From Spirochaetia bacterium (GTDB lineage: Bacteria; Spirochaetota; Spirochaetia; DSM-2461): a stretch of 64,000 bases of DNA. A program made the translations under genes and the position numbers. Each line of letters begins with the position of its first letter. Position 1 is the stretch's first letter. The stretch lies in NCBI GenBank assembly GCA_963668315.1, contig OY764216.1, forward strand, positions 1,728,001 to 1,792,000, in the 5' to 3' direction. Under the pieces are notes generated by a model that searched no databases, was not told the origin of the DNA, and saw only the letters and a list, made by a program, of their open reading frames with translations. Shown piece by piece: positions 56,346 to 64,000 of the stretch.

Positions 56346-57509
56346 ATGAGAAAAACCCTCGTCGTGGGAAACTATGCGGATAACGTGTTTGTTGCCGATA
56401 TCGCTCATCACCTGAGACAAAAGGAAAACTATCAGGATCTGATTGCCCTGAAGGATTTCCATAACAGTGAGTTCTGCCCCCGTTTCATCCTGGGAGACAG
56501 AAATGACACGGAGCTTGTCGGCCGGCGGCTGGAGGGGCATAAGGTTCTCATCGTCAGTACTTCTTCGGGGGCCATGAACCGGAATGAGATGGCCATGAGG
56601 AATTTTCTGATAGCCCGTGCCGCCCGGGAGAACGGAGCCGAGCGGGTTTCCCTTCTGGAACCGGACCTTTTTTACAGCGCCCAGGACAGGGGACCTCGGC
56701 CTGAATACGGTCAGACCCTGTTTAAACGGGATATGAAGGATTACGAGAAATTTGACGGACAGCCCTTTTCGGCGAAACTTTATGCCGATCTTCTGAGGGA
56801 GTCCGGTGTAGATCAGGTTTTCACCGTTCATAACCACAGTCCTTTTTCTCTCAAAACACTGTATCAGAAGCACTTCAACGGTATGTTCGTCGATCTTCGC
56901 CCTATGGATCTTTATGCCGACTATCTCCGTTCCAGCGATGTTATACGGAAGGACAGTCTGGTTATCTGCGCTCCCGACAAGGGCGCCCATGAGTTCGCTT
57001 CACAGCTGGCCGAAGAGCTTTCGGACCTACCCGCGGGATATCTGCGGATGAGCAAGGAGAGAAGGGGGGAGAGGGATGTCTTCGTGGAGCCCGATGCCTC
57101 CTCCCCGCTGAAACTGGCCGATGTGGAAGGAAAAGATGTGGTTGTGGTGGACGATATGGTCAGAACGGGCCGCACTATACTGGAAACCTGTAAGGTCATC
57201 CGCAAGGGAAAACCCCGGAAAATTGTGTTTCTGGTGACGCACTTTTACTCTTCCCGGGAAGGACGTACCCTCCTGAATGACAGTGTCATTGATGAGATCG
57301 TCACGACGAATACGATACCCTCCATTCTTAACCGGGATGAGCAGGGACGGCTCCGCCACAAGATGGTTGTCCTTCAGATCTCCCGATGGATCGCCCATAA
57401 TCTGTTCCTGAATCTCCAGCCCGGTTCGGAAGGACTGGAAATGCCCCACTACGTTGAGGATATGTCTTCCAAAAATCCCCGGTGGAAGGGACGATACGGC
57501 GCCCGCTGA
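56346..57509 (+). CDS. Ribose-phosphate pyrophosphokinase-like protein (atypical, 387 aa)
   Basis: F.NSE, YSAQDR, APDKGA, K.R, VVVVDDMVRTGRT PRPP loop, TNTIP. Confidence 0.8.
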   Translation: MRKTLVVGNYADNVFVADIAHHLRQKENYQDLIALKDFHNSEFCPRFILGDRNDTELVGRRLEGHKVLIVSTSSGAMNRNEMAMRNFLIARAARENGAERVSLLEPDLFYSAQDRGPRPEYGQTLFKRDMKDYEKFDGQPFSAKLYADLLRESGVDQVFTVHNHSPFSLKTLYQKHFNGMFVDLRPMDLYADYLRSSDVIRKDSLVICAPDKGAHEFASQLAEELSDLPAGYLRMSKERRGERDVFVEPDASSPLKLADVEGKDVVVVDDMVRTGRTILETCKVIRKGKPRKIVFLVTHFYSSREGRTLLNDSVIDEIVTTNTIPSILNRDEQGRLRHKMVVLQISRWIAHNLFLNLQPGSEGLEMPHYVEDMSSKNPRWKGRYGAR

Positions 57510-57526
57510 ATCAAGGGCTTATCATG

Positions 57527-58258
57527 TTATTTTCTCATTACGTAAAGGCGGAACTGGTCTGTATCCTGGGCTTTTCTGAAATCGTATCCGCCGTATGCCT
57601 GGAACTGCCGGAATCCGGTTTCCGAGGCAAGCCGGCGGATATCTGCCCTTTTAAACGGGTATAGGGTGTGGATGTCGGAGGACTTCTCCCCCGTTGCGAG
57701 ATCTGTCAGCTCCGTATTGAACAGGAGATTCTGCCGGGGGCCGGCTGTATAGAAACGTGAAAAGTTAACCCTGTCCGTATGGAGATCGATGAACTGAAAG
57801 TCCTTTCCCATGGAAGGATTATCGTAGTTCAGAATCTGAATGACGAGCTGTCCCATGGGACGGAGCTGTCCGTAGGTATGGGCCATAAAGGAGTTCAGGG
57901 CCTCCATGCCCTCCAGATAGGCCAATGTGTTACCGAAGCAGAGAATCATATCATAACTGAATTTCTCATTGTAAGCCAGGTACGAGGCCATTTCGAAGTG
58001 GAGAAAATTCACTTCTCCGGCCATGTTTCTCTCGGCTGCTTTGCCGATGGCCTGGAGAATCATTTCGTTATCCAGGTCTATACCGGTAAGTTTTCGTCCC
58101 CCCTTCCCCAGGGAAAGAAGAAGCTCTCCCGTGGCGCATCCCAGATCGAGAATATCGGCTGCCCCCTCGGGCAGCAGTTTTTCCACAAAATCCGTTTTCG
58201 CCCGGGGATGGGGGAAGAGACGGTCGTATTCACCGGCTATTAAACTATACATATTCAT
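57527..58258 (-). CDS. Class I SAM-dependent methyltransferase
   Basis: ILDLGCATG, GIDL..EM, C.GNTL.YL, L.P.G. Confidence 0.88.
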   Translation of the reverse strand: MNMYSLIAGEYDRLFPHPRAKTDFVEKLLPEGAADILDLGCATGELLLSLGKGGRKLTGIDLDNEMILQAIGKAAERNMAGEVNFLHFEMASYLAYNEKFSYDMILCFGNTLAYLEGMEALNSFMAHTYGQLRPMGQLVIQILNYDNPSMGKDFQFIDLHTDRVNFSRFYTAGPRQNLLFNTELTDLATGEKSSDIHTLYPFKRADIRRLASETGFRQFQAYGGYDFRKAQDTDQFRLYVMRK

Positions 58259-58379
58259 ATTAATCTCTCATATGAATTGTAGTCTCTTCCCCATGTAAAA
58301 GGCAAAAAAAACGGCATGAAAACTGAAAGAGGAATAATCCCGCCAAGTTATAGGCATATAACCTGCTTTGAAATATCCT

Positions 58380-58421
58380 CTTTCAGCTTTCAGCTTTCAG
58401 CTTTCAGCTTTCAGCTTTCAG
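58380..58421. repeat. Heptamer tandem repeat (CTTTCAG)x6
   Basis: Six exact copies; overlaps the stop codon of the SPFH gene. Confidence 0.95.
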
Positions 58422-59357
58422 CGTGGATTTAATCTTGTCCTCCACCATGGAGAGGTTGCCCAGATCCATGGGAAGAATAACCTTGCTGTCCTTTTTCGCC
58501 AGGCTCTTCATCTGATCGATAAAATCTTCGATGACCTGGAGAGAGGCGGCCTCTTCCCCTCCGGTGAGGGAAATGGCATCGGCCACTTTGGAGATACTGG
58601 CGGCTGTCGCCCGGGAAACAGCCAGTATTTCGGCCGCCCTTCCTTCCGCTTCGTTAATCAGCTTCTCCTTCACACCTTCCGACTCATTGATCATCCGTTC
58701 CATTTCACCCTGGGAGCGGTTGATCCGGCTGGTCATGGAACCTTCCGATTCCAGTATCCGGGCACGTCTTTCCCGTTCGGCCTGCATCTGCTTTTCCATG
58801 GTGGCGAGAATGGTATCGGGCACCTGGATATTCTGGATCTCGTAGCGGGAGACTTTGATTCCCCAGGGATCGCTGGCTTCGTCCACGCTCTGAACGATGG
58901 CGCTGTTGATCGCATTCCGCTCTTCAAAGGTCGTATCCAGCTGCATCTTTCCGATGACCGATCTCATCATGGTCTGGGCCAGCTGTACGGTGGCGTATTC
59001 GTAATCCTTGAGACCGGGGGTGCGCAGGGCCTTGGTTATGCCGTAACTGGCCTTCACCGGATCGACAACCTGGAGGTAGAGAACGCCGTCCACGAAGATT
59101 CTTACGTTGTCCTCGGTAAAACAGGGCTGAACCGGAACGTCCAGGGCTTTCTCTTTGAGGCTGTGCTTATACCGGACCTTGTCGATAAAAGGGACCAGTA
59201 CATGGAATCCCGCCTCCAGGGTGCTGGAATATTTTCCGAGCCGCTCGATGACCCAGGCCTGCTTGGCCGGTACGATACGGATGCACTTGAAAAAAGTCAC
59301 CACCGCGATGATAACCGCCGCTGCGATCACTATGGTATAAAATATCTGGGGCGTCAT
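58404..59357 (-). CDS. SPFH/stomatin-like protein
   Basis: N-terminal TM, ERLGKY, T.DNV, LAQT.MRS.IG, WGIKV.RYEI, QM.AERERRA. Confidence 0.92.
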   Translation of the reverse strand: MTPQIFYTIVIAAAVIIAVVTFFKCIRIVPAKQAWVIERLGKYSSTLEAGFHVLVPFIDKVRYKHSLKEKALDVPVQPCFTEDNVRIFVDGVLYLQVVDPVKASYGITKALRTPGLKDYEYATVQLAQTMMRSVIGKMQLDTTFEERNAINSAIVQSVDEASDPWGIKVSRYEIQNIQVPDTILATMEKQMQAERERRARILESEGSMTSRINRSQGEMERMINESEGVKEKLINEAEGRAAEILAVSRATAASISKVADAISLTGGEEAASLQVIEDFIDQMKSLAKKDSKVILPMDLGNLSMVEDKIKSTLKAES

Positions 59358-60268
59358 TATTTACCTCCCTTTTCGGTAACGGCGGGGATGACCGTCTGGA
59401 GAAGAGATTTGACCTGGGCCGCTTCGAGGGGTATGACCTGGGTTTCCGCCGTATCAAGGATTTTCCCAAGCTGCTGGGTATATTTGTTGATGATGCGGAT
59501 TTTCCTCGCCTTGTCTCCGTTGGGCCGGCTCAGGGCTTCGGCAATCATTTTGATTCCCTCCGCTGTGGCGTCGGCCTGGATCTCTATGGCCCGGGCTTCT
59601 CCGTCCGCTTCGTTTATTCTCTTCTGCCTCTCTCCCTTGGAAAAGTTGATTGCCTCTTCCCGGGCGCCCTTGGATTCGTTGATCTGGGCCTGCTTGAATC
59701 CGTCCGATTCCAGAATATCCGCCCGTTTCTCTCTTTCGGCGGTCATCTGCTGTTCCATGGCTACTCTGACGGAGTCGGTGGGGTCCAGGTTTTTGATTTC
59801 GTAACGGGTTACTTTGATTCCCCAGGGATCGCTGGCTTCATCAACCGATTTGACGACGGCGTTGTTTATGGTATCCCGTTCGGAAAAGGTCTTGTCCAGC
59901 TCGATTTTACCCACCTCCGATCTCATGGTCGTCTGGGCCAGCTGACTGGTGGCATAGCGGTAGTTCTCGATGCCGTAACTGGCTTTTTCCGGTTCTATGA
60001 CTTTGATGTACAGAATCCCGTCGACCGAAACCTGAACATTGTCGTTGGTAATGCATATCTGGGGAGGAACATCGATAACTTCCTCTTTCAGATTCACTTT
60101 GTAAGCGGCCTTCTGAACGACGGGGATGATAAGGTGCAATCCCGCGGCCAGAGTCTTCTGATACTTTCCGAACTGTTCTATTATCCAGGCTTCCTGCTCC
60201 GGGACGATTTTCACCATCTTGAGAAGCAGGATGATCACCAGAATAATCAGAATCAATGTTCCTGTCAT
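59357..60268 (-). CDS. SPFH/stomatin-like protein (paralog)
   Basis: Same SPFH motifs; stop and start overlap with the next gene. Confidence 0.92.
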   Translation of the reverse strand: MTGTLILIILVIILLLKMVKIVPEQEAWIIEQFGKYQKTLAAGLHLIIPVVQKAAYKVNLKEEVIDVPPQICITNDNVQVSVDGILYIKVIEPEKASYGIENYRYATSQLAQTTMRSEVGKIELDKTFSERDTINNAVVKSVDEASDPWGIKVTRYEIKNLDPTDSVRVAMEQQMTAEREKRADILESDGFKQAQINESKGAREEAINFSKGERQKRINEADGEARAIEIQADATAEGIKMIAEALSRPNGDKARKIRIINKYTQQLGKILDTAETQVIPLEAAQVKSLLQTVIPAVTEKGGK

Positions 60269-60334
60269 TATTCTTTCTCCTTAGTACGGACCGGAGGTTT
60301 TCATTTTTTACTGCCGGCCGTATTGATTTTCTTG

Positions 60335-60805
60335 TTATTTTTCGGATTCCGGGAGGGAATCCTCTATTTCTTCCACTATGAAACCCAGAGATTCCGTATC
60401 GCTCTTCCCTGTTATTTTTACCGTTTTGCCCTTGCCGATAACCCGGCCGCTGTGGGCTGTCCAGCTGGTCCCCCGGAATTTAATCCTGCCCGGGGCATCC
60501 GGTTTGATCCTGTCTATCACCAGGGCCTCCTGGCCGATCCAGCTCTCCTTTTCCGTCTGGAAAATCCGCCCCTTAAAGGTACCGGAAAAGCGGTTGCGGA
60601 GGAAAAAAAGAAGTACGGCGGAGTAGCAGACCCATATGATCAGCTGCAGCCAGAATATATCCTGAAGGGGAGGGAGTACCAGAACTGTCACAAGTATCAG
60701 CAGAGCGCCCACACCGAAAAAAAACAGTATAAAGCCGGGAACGGCAATTTCCGCCAGGAGAAGCAGAGCTCCTGTAATCAGCCAGAAAAAGGTAATTTTG
60801 TCCAT
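60335..60805 (-). CDS. NfeD-like (short) membrane protein
   Basis: W...G..L...E..VPG, TMs, IG..A.V...G.IK.RGTSW.A OB-fold; precedes the SPFH genes. Confidence 0.88.
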   Translation of the reverse strand: MDKITFFWLITGALLLLAEIAVPGFILFFFGVGALLILVTVLVLPPLQDIFWLQLIIWVCYSAVLLFFLRNRFSGTFKGRIFQTEKESWIGQEALVIDRIKPDAPGRIKFRGTSWTAHSGRVIGKGKTVKITGKSDTESLGFIVEEIEDSLPESEK

Positions 60806-60958
60806 ATCCCTAACTATAGACCCTAAGAGCCTTCCTATCCATAGTTTTTTTACATTGCCGACATAAATCCCCCTTTCGGGTGAGGTTTTTAAGAATCGGC
60901 TGTACTAAAGAGGGTTAATGCTTCATACTTACCGGAAAAAGTCAGGGGTTGTTTAAGG

Positions 60959-62188
60959 ATGGAAAGGGAAGCGGTTTACAATGTCAATTCCGAAGTGGGG
61001 CGATTGGAGGCGGTTCTTCTACATCGTCCCGGCAAAGAACTTGAGAGGCTGACTCCCCAGTATCTTGAGGAGCTGCTTTTCGATGATATCCCCTGGCTGG
61101 GAAGGATCCGGGAGGAACACGATATGTTCGCCCGCACTCTGGAATCCCGGGGCTGCCGTGTTTATTACTATGACAAACTGCTGACCGAAATCTTTGAAAG
61201 TGAAGAGGTCCGCCGGGAACTGGTGGAAGAGCTGGTGAAGTTTACCAGGATTAATGCGCTGAGGGAGGGGAAGGCCATCGGCGAGTATCTGTTATCCTGC
61301 TCCCCGGAAGAACTGACCGGCATCGTCATCGCCGGTCTGCATAAGAATGAAGTGGATCTTTTGGGAGTGGAAAGGAGTCTTTCCTATTATGTCACCGATG
61401 ACTACCCCTTTTACATCAATCCGCTTCCCAATCTCTACTTCACCCGTGATCCCGGAGCCGTTATCGGAAAGGGGCTTTCCATCAATTCGATGAGAACTCC
61501 GGCGCGCAACAGGGAATCCTTGCTGCTTTCCTATATCCACCGCTACCGTTTCGGCGGGGAATCCTCGGCCCGGTGGTACGATTACACTCTCCCCGATCCT
61601 ATAGAGGGGGGGGATATGCTGGTGTTGAGCCCCTCTGTCCTTGCCGTCGGGTGCAGCGCCCGGACATCGGCCCAGGCCATAGAAGTTCTGGCGAAAAATC
61701 TGATTCACGGGCCTTCCTCTGTCAAGGAAGTCCTTGTTCTGCAGATTCCCTTTCGCCGGGCCTATATGCACCTGGATACGGTTTTCACCATGGTCGACCG
61801 GGACAAGTTCATCATTTTTCCCGAAATCAGGGAGAGCGTGAAGGTCTTCCGTATCACCGGGAGGGGCGGTGAGGACGGTTCGCTGGTTATCAGGCCGGAG
61901 GAGAATCTTGAGAAGGCCCTGTGTGAAAGCCTGAATCTGGACGGGGTATCCCTTATCGCCAGCGGAGGGGGCGACAGAATTACCGCCGCAAGAGAACAGT
62001 GGAACGACAGTACGAATACTCTGGCCATAGCCCCCGGTACGGTTGTAACCTACAGGAGGAATACGGCGTCCAATGACACGCTGAGGGAGAACGGCATTGA
62101 AGTGGTGGAGATCGAAGGCTCCGAGCTTGTCCGCGGCCGGGGAGGTCCCCGCTGTATGAGCATGCCCCTGAGAAGGGCCGACCTCTAG
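60959..62188 (+). CDS. arcA: Arginine deiminase
   Basis: SEVG.L..VLLHRPG.E, LLFDDIP, FTRD, IEGGD, MHLDT, GRGGPRCMS. Confidence 0.95.
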   Translation: MEREAVYNVNSEVGRLEAVLLHRPGKELERLTPQYLEELLFDDIPWLGRIREEHDMFARTLESRGCRVYYYDKLLTEIFESEEVRRELVEELVKFTRINALREGKAIGEYLLSCSPEELTGIVIAGLHKNEVDLLGVERSLSYYVTDDYPFYINPLPNLYFTRDPGAVIGKGLSINSMRTPARNRESLLLSYIHRYRFGGESSARWYDYTLPDPIEGGDMLVLSPSVLAVGCSARTSAQAIEVLAKNLIHGPSSVKEVLVLQIPFRRAYMHLDTVFTMVDRDKFIIFPEIRESVKVFRITGRGGEDGSLVIRPEENLEKALCESLNLDGVSLIASGGGDRITAAREQWNDSTNTLAIAPGTVVTYRRNTASNDTLRENGIEVVEIEGSELVRGRGGPRCMSMPLRRADL

Positions 62189-62244
62189 GGAAGCCTTTTC
62201 TTTTTTCTATGGAAAAGGACCGGGCTTAGTGATACAATTACCCC

Positions 62245-63411
62245 ATGAATCCTTTTCAATTACAAACAAATAAAAAGCTCGTTTTCGGCTGCGGAGAGAG
62301 GAAGAAGCTTCCTGCCTTAATCAAGGAATTTCCCGCCGGTCCGATAGCTCTGTTCACAGGCAGGAGCGTCGCCGCTTCCGTGGAAGGTAAAGCCTTCATC
62401 GAGGAGATCGGCCGGAGCGCCAAGCTTTCCCATCATATTATTTCGGGCGAGCCTTCTCCCGCCGCGGTGGATAAAATCGTAGAACAGTGCCGGGGTGAAA
62501 AGACCGCGCTCGTCATAGCCATGGGCGGAGGCAGCGTCATAGATGCGGGAAAAGCCGCCGCGGCCATGTGCTGCGAGAAGGGCGGTGTCAAGGATTATCT
62601 GGAAGGGGTGGGAACGAAGACTCCGTCCGGGGAGACCCTGCCGCTTATCGCCCTTCCCACAACAAGCGGGACGGGCAGCGAAGCGACGAAAAACGCCGTT
62701 ATCTCCGACAGGGCCGAAGGGTACAAGAAGTCCCTGCGCCATGATAATTATATTCCCGACATCGCCCTGGTCGATCCCGAATTGACTTTGAGCTGCCCCC
62801 GGTCGGTCACCATGGCCTGCGGGCTGGATGCCTTCTGTCAGCTTCTGGAATCCTACTTCTCCACCGGTTCCTCCGTTCTCACCGATACGCTGGCTTTCGA
62901 GGGAATGACCCGGCTGGTGCGATCCTTTCTGCCCGTCTGCGGCGAGGGGGCGAATGATCCCGACCTTCGGGCCGATATGGCCTATGCTTCCTATCTTTCG
63001 GGAATTACCCTGGCCAATGCCGGGCTGGGGACGGTTCATGGAATGGCCGGTCCCATGGGCGGACTCTATGAGATCCCCCACGGAGTGGCCTGCGGTCTGC
63101 TTCTTAAACCCGTCATGGAACTTACCTTAAGGAAGATCGCCATCAAATGGCAGACAGAACGGTGGGAAGGCAAGGTGAAGAGAGTCGCCCGGCTGCTGTC
63201 CGGCAAAAACGCCGGTTCTTATAAAGATGGTGTGGAAGCTATCCTTCAGGCTCTGGATTCCTGGGCCGAGCAGCTTGAGCTGAAGCCCCTTCGCCAGTAC
63301 GGCATCGAAGAGGAAAGTCTGGGCAGAATCATCGTTCAGTCCGGGAATAAAAACAATCCCTATGCCTTGACGGTGGAAGAGATGGAGAACGTACTGCTCT
63401 CTGTTCTGTAG
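62245..63411 (+). CDS. Iron-containing alcohol dehydrogenase
   Basis: GGGS.IDAGK, PTTSGTGSE, DP.LT, GLG.VH, HG..C. Confidence 0.92.
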   Translation: MNPFQLQTNKKLVFGCGERKKLPALIKEFPAGPIALFTGRSVAASVEGKAFIEEIGRSAKLSHHIISGEPSPAAVDKIVEQCRGEKTALVIAMGGGSVIDAGKAAAAMCCEKGGVKDYLEGVGTKTPSGETLPLIALPTTSGTGSEATKNAVISDRAEGYKKSLRHDNYIPDIALVDPELTLSCPRSVTMACGLDAFCQLLESYFSTGSSVLTDTLAFEGMTRLVRSFLPVCGEGANDPDLRADMAYASYLSGITLANAGLGTVHGMAGPMGGLYEIPHGVACGLLLKPVMELTLRKIAIKWQTERWEGKVKRVARLLSGKNAGSYKDGVEAILQALDSWAEQLELKPLRQYGIEEESLGRIIVQSGNKNNPYALTVEEMENVLLSVL

Positions 63412-63526
63412 TCCCGGAGCAGAGGAAAAATCAATCTGTTGACTTTTTCAAGGGAATCATTAAACTGTCCAATTATGGGTAAAAATGTCCATTTGAAGGT
63501 CTGAAAGTAAAATCTGGGGAGAAATT

Positions 63527-64000
63527 ATGAGTATTACTGAGCTGATGACCGAGCTGGTATTCCAGGTCGGCGTCATACTTTTCGCTGCCAAACTCGGCGG
63601 TATGGCTATGAAGAGAATCAAGATGCCTTCCGTTCTGGGTGAGCTTCTTGTCGGTATTCTTATCGGACCCTATGTACTGGGAGGGCTGTCGCTTCCCGGT
63701 TTTCCCCACGGACTTTTTCCTCTGGGAGAAGGCTTTTCCGTCAGTCCCGAACTGTACGGCTTCGCCACGGTCGCTTCCATCATTCTTCTGTTCCTTTCCG
63801 GTCTGGAAACGGATCTTTCCCTTTTTCTGGCCTACTCCGTAAAAGGGGCCATTATCGGTATCGGCGGGATCATTGTCGCCATGCTCAGCGGTATGTATGT
63901 GGGGGCTCTCATGCTCCATACGTCCCTTTTTACCCCGGTCAACCTTTTCCTGGGAATTCTGTCGGTGGCCACAAGCGTGGGGATAACCGCCCGGATCCTG
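63527..64000 (+). CDS. Cation:proton antiporter (CPA2), 3' truncated; not in the ORF track
   Basis: Manual translation MSITELMTELVFQVGVILFAAKLGG...PSVLGELLVGILIGP...LFLSGLET...ATSVGITARIL; GGGGAG RBS. Confidence 0.88.
   Translation, partial: MSITELMTELVFQVGVILFAAKLGGMAMKRIKMPSVLGELLVGILIGPYVLGGLSLPGFPHGLFPLGEGFSVSPELYGFATVASIILLFLSGLETDLSLFLAYSVKGAIIGIGGIIVAMLSGMYVGALMLHTSLFTPVNLFLGILSVATSVGITARIL

Noticed and set aside
58380..58421. CRISPR array
   Set aside because: 7-bp units without spacers; no cas genes in the window
58368..59804. 478-aa plus-strand ORF starting with LSAFSFQ repeats
   Set aside because: Antisense to two SPFH genes; the repeat peptide is just the heptamer translated
60281..60304. 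Tiny ORF MKTSGPY between nfeD and the first SPFH gene
   Set aside because: No RBS; length expected by chance

Overview
Gene-dense, fairly GC-rich bacterial chromosome segment. The long-form GlyA, the many lipobox proteins and the overall gene mix suggest a free-living spirochaete (inference). It holds about 58 CDS, one tRNA-Gly(GCC) and a ZMP/ZTP-type riboswitch before glyA. I found no integrase, transposase, phage gene or CRISPR array. Housekeeping and metabolic genes: fucI 3' end, fabH, rpsU, htpG, apt, uxaE, lon, gnd, glyA, arcA. Transport and sensing: a ProU-like system with an EctR/CosR-type MarR regulator, an MdlAB-like ABC exporter, and a three-binding-protein sugar sensing/uptake locus. 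Most notable: (1) a coupled gene pair, cNMP-GGDEF* and cNMP-GGDEF-DHH/DHHA1, whose GGDEF domains have lost complementary residue sets, suggesting an obligate heterodimer with one half active site fused to its own phosphodiesterase; (2) a five-gene exported lipase / beta-propeller / metallopeptidase / lipoprotein operon with an AT-rich core; (3) an atypical PRPP-synthetase-like gene probably co-transcribed with ZTP-riboswitch-controlled glyA; (4) a short leader uORF before an ABC-F gene; (5) several apparently leaderless genes. All calls come from reading motifs by eye; no database search was run.
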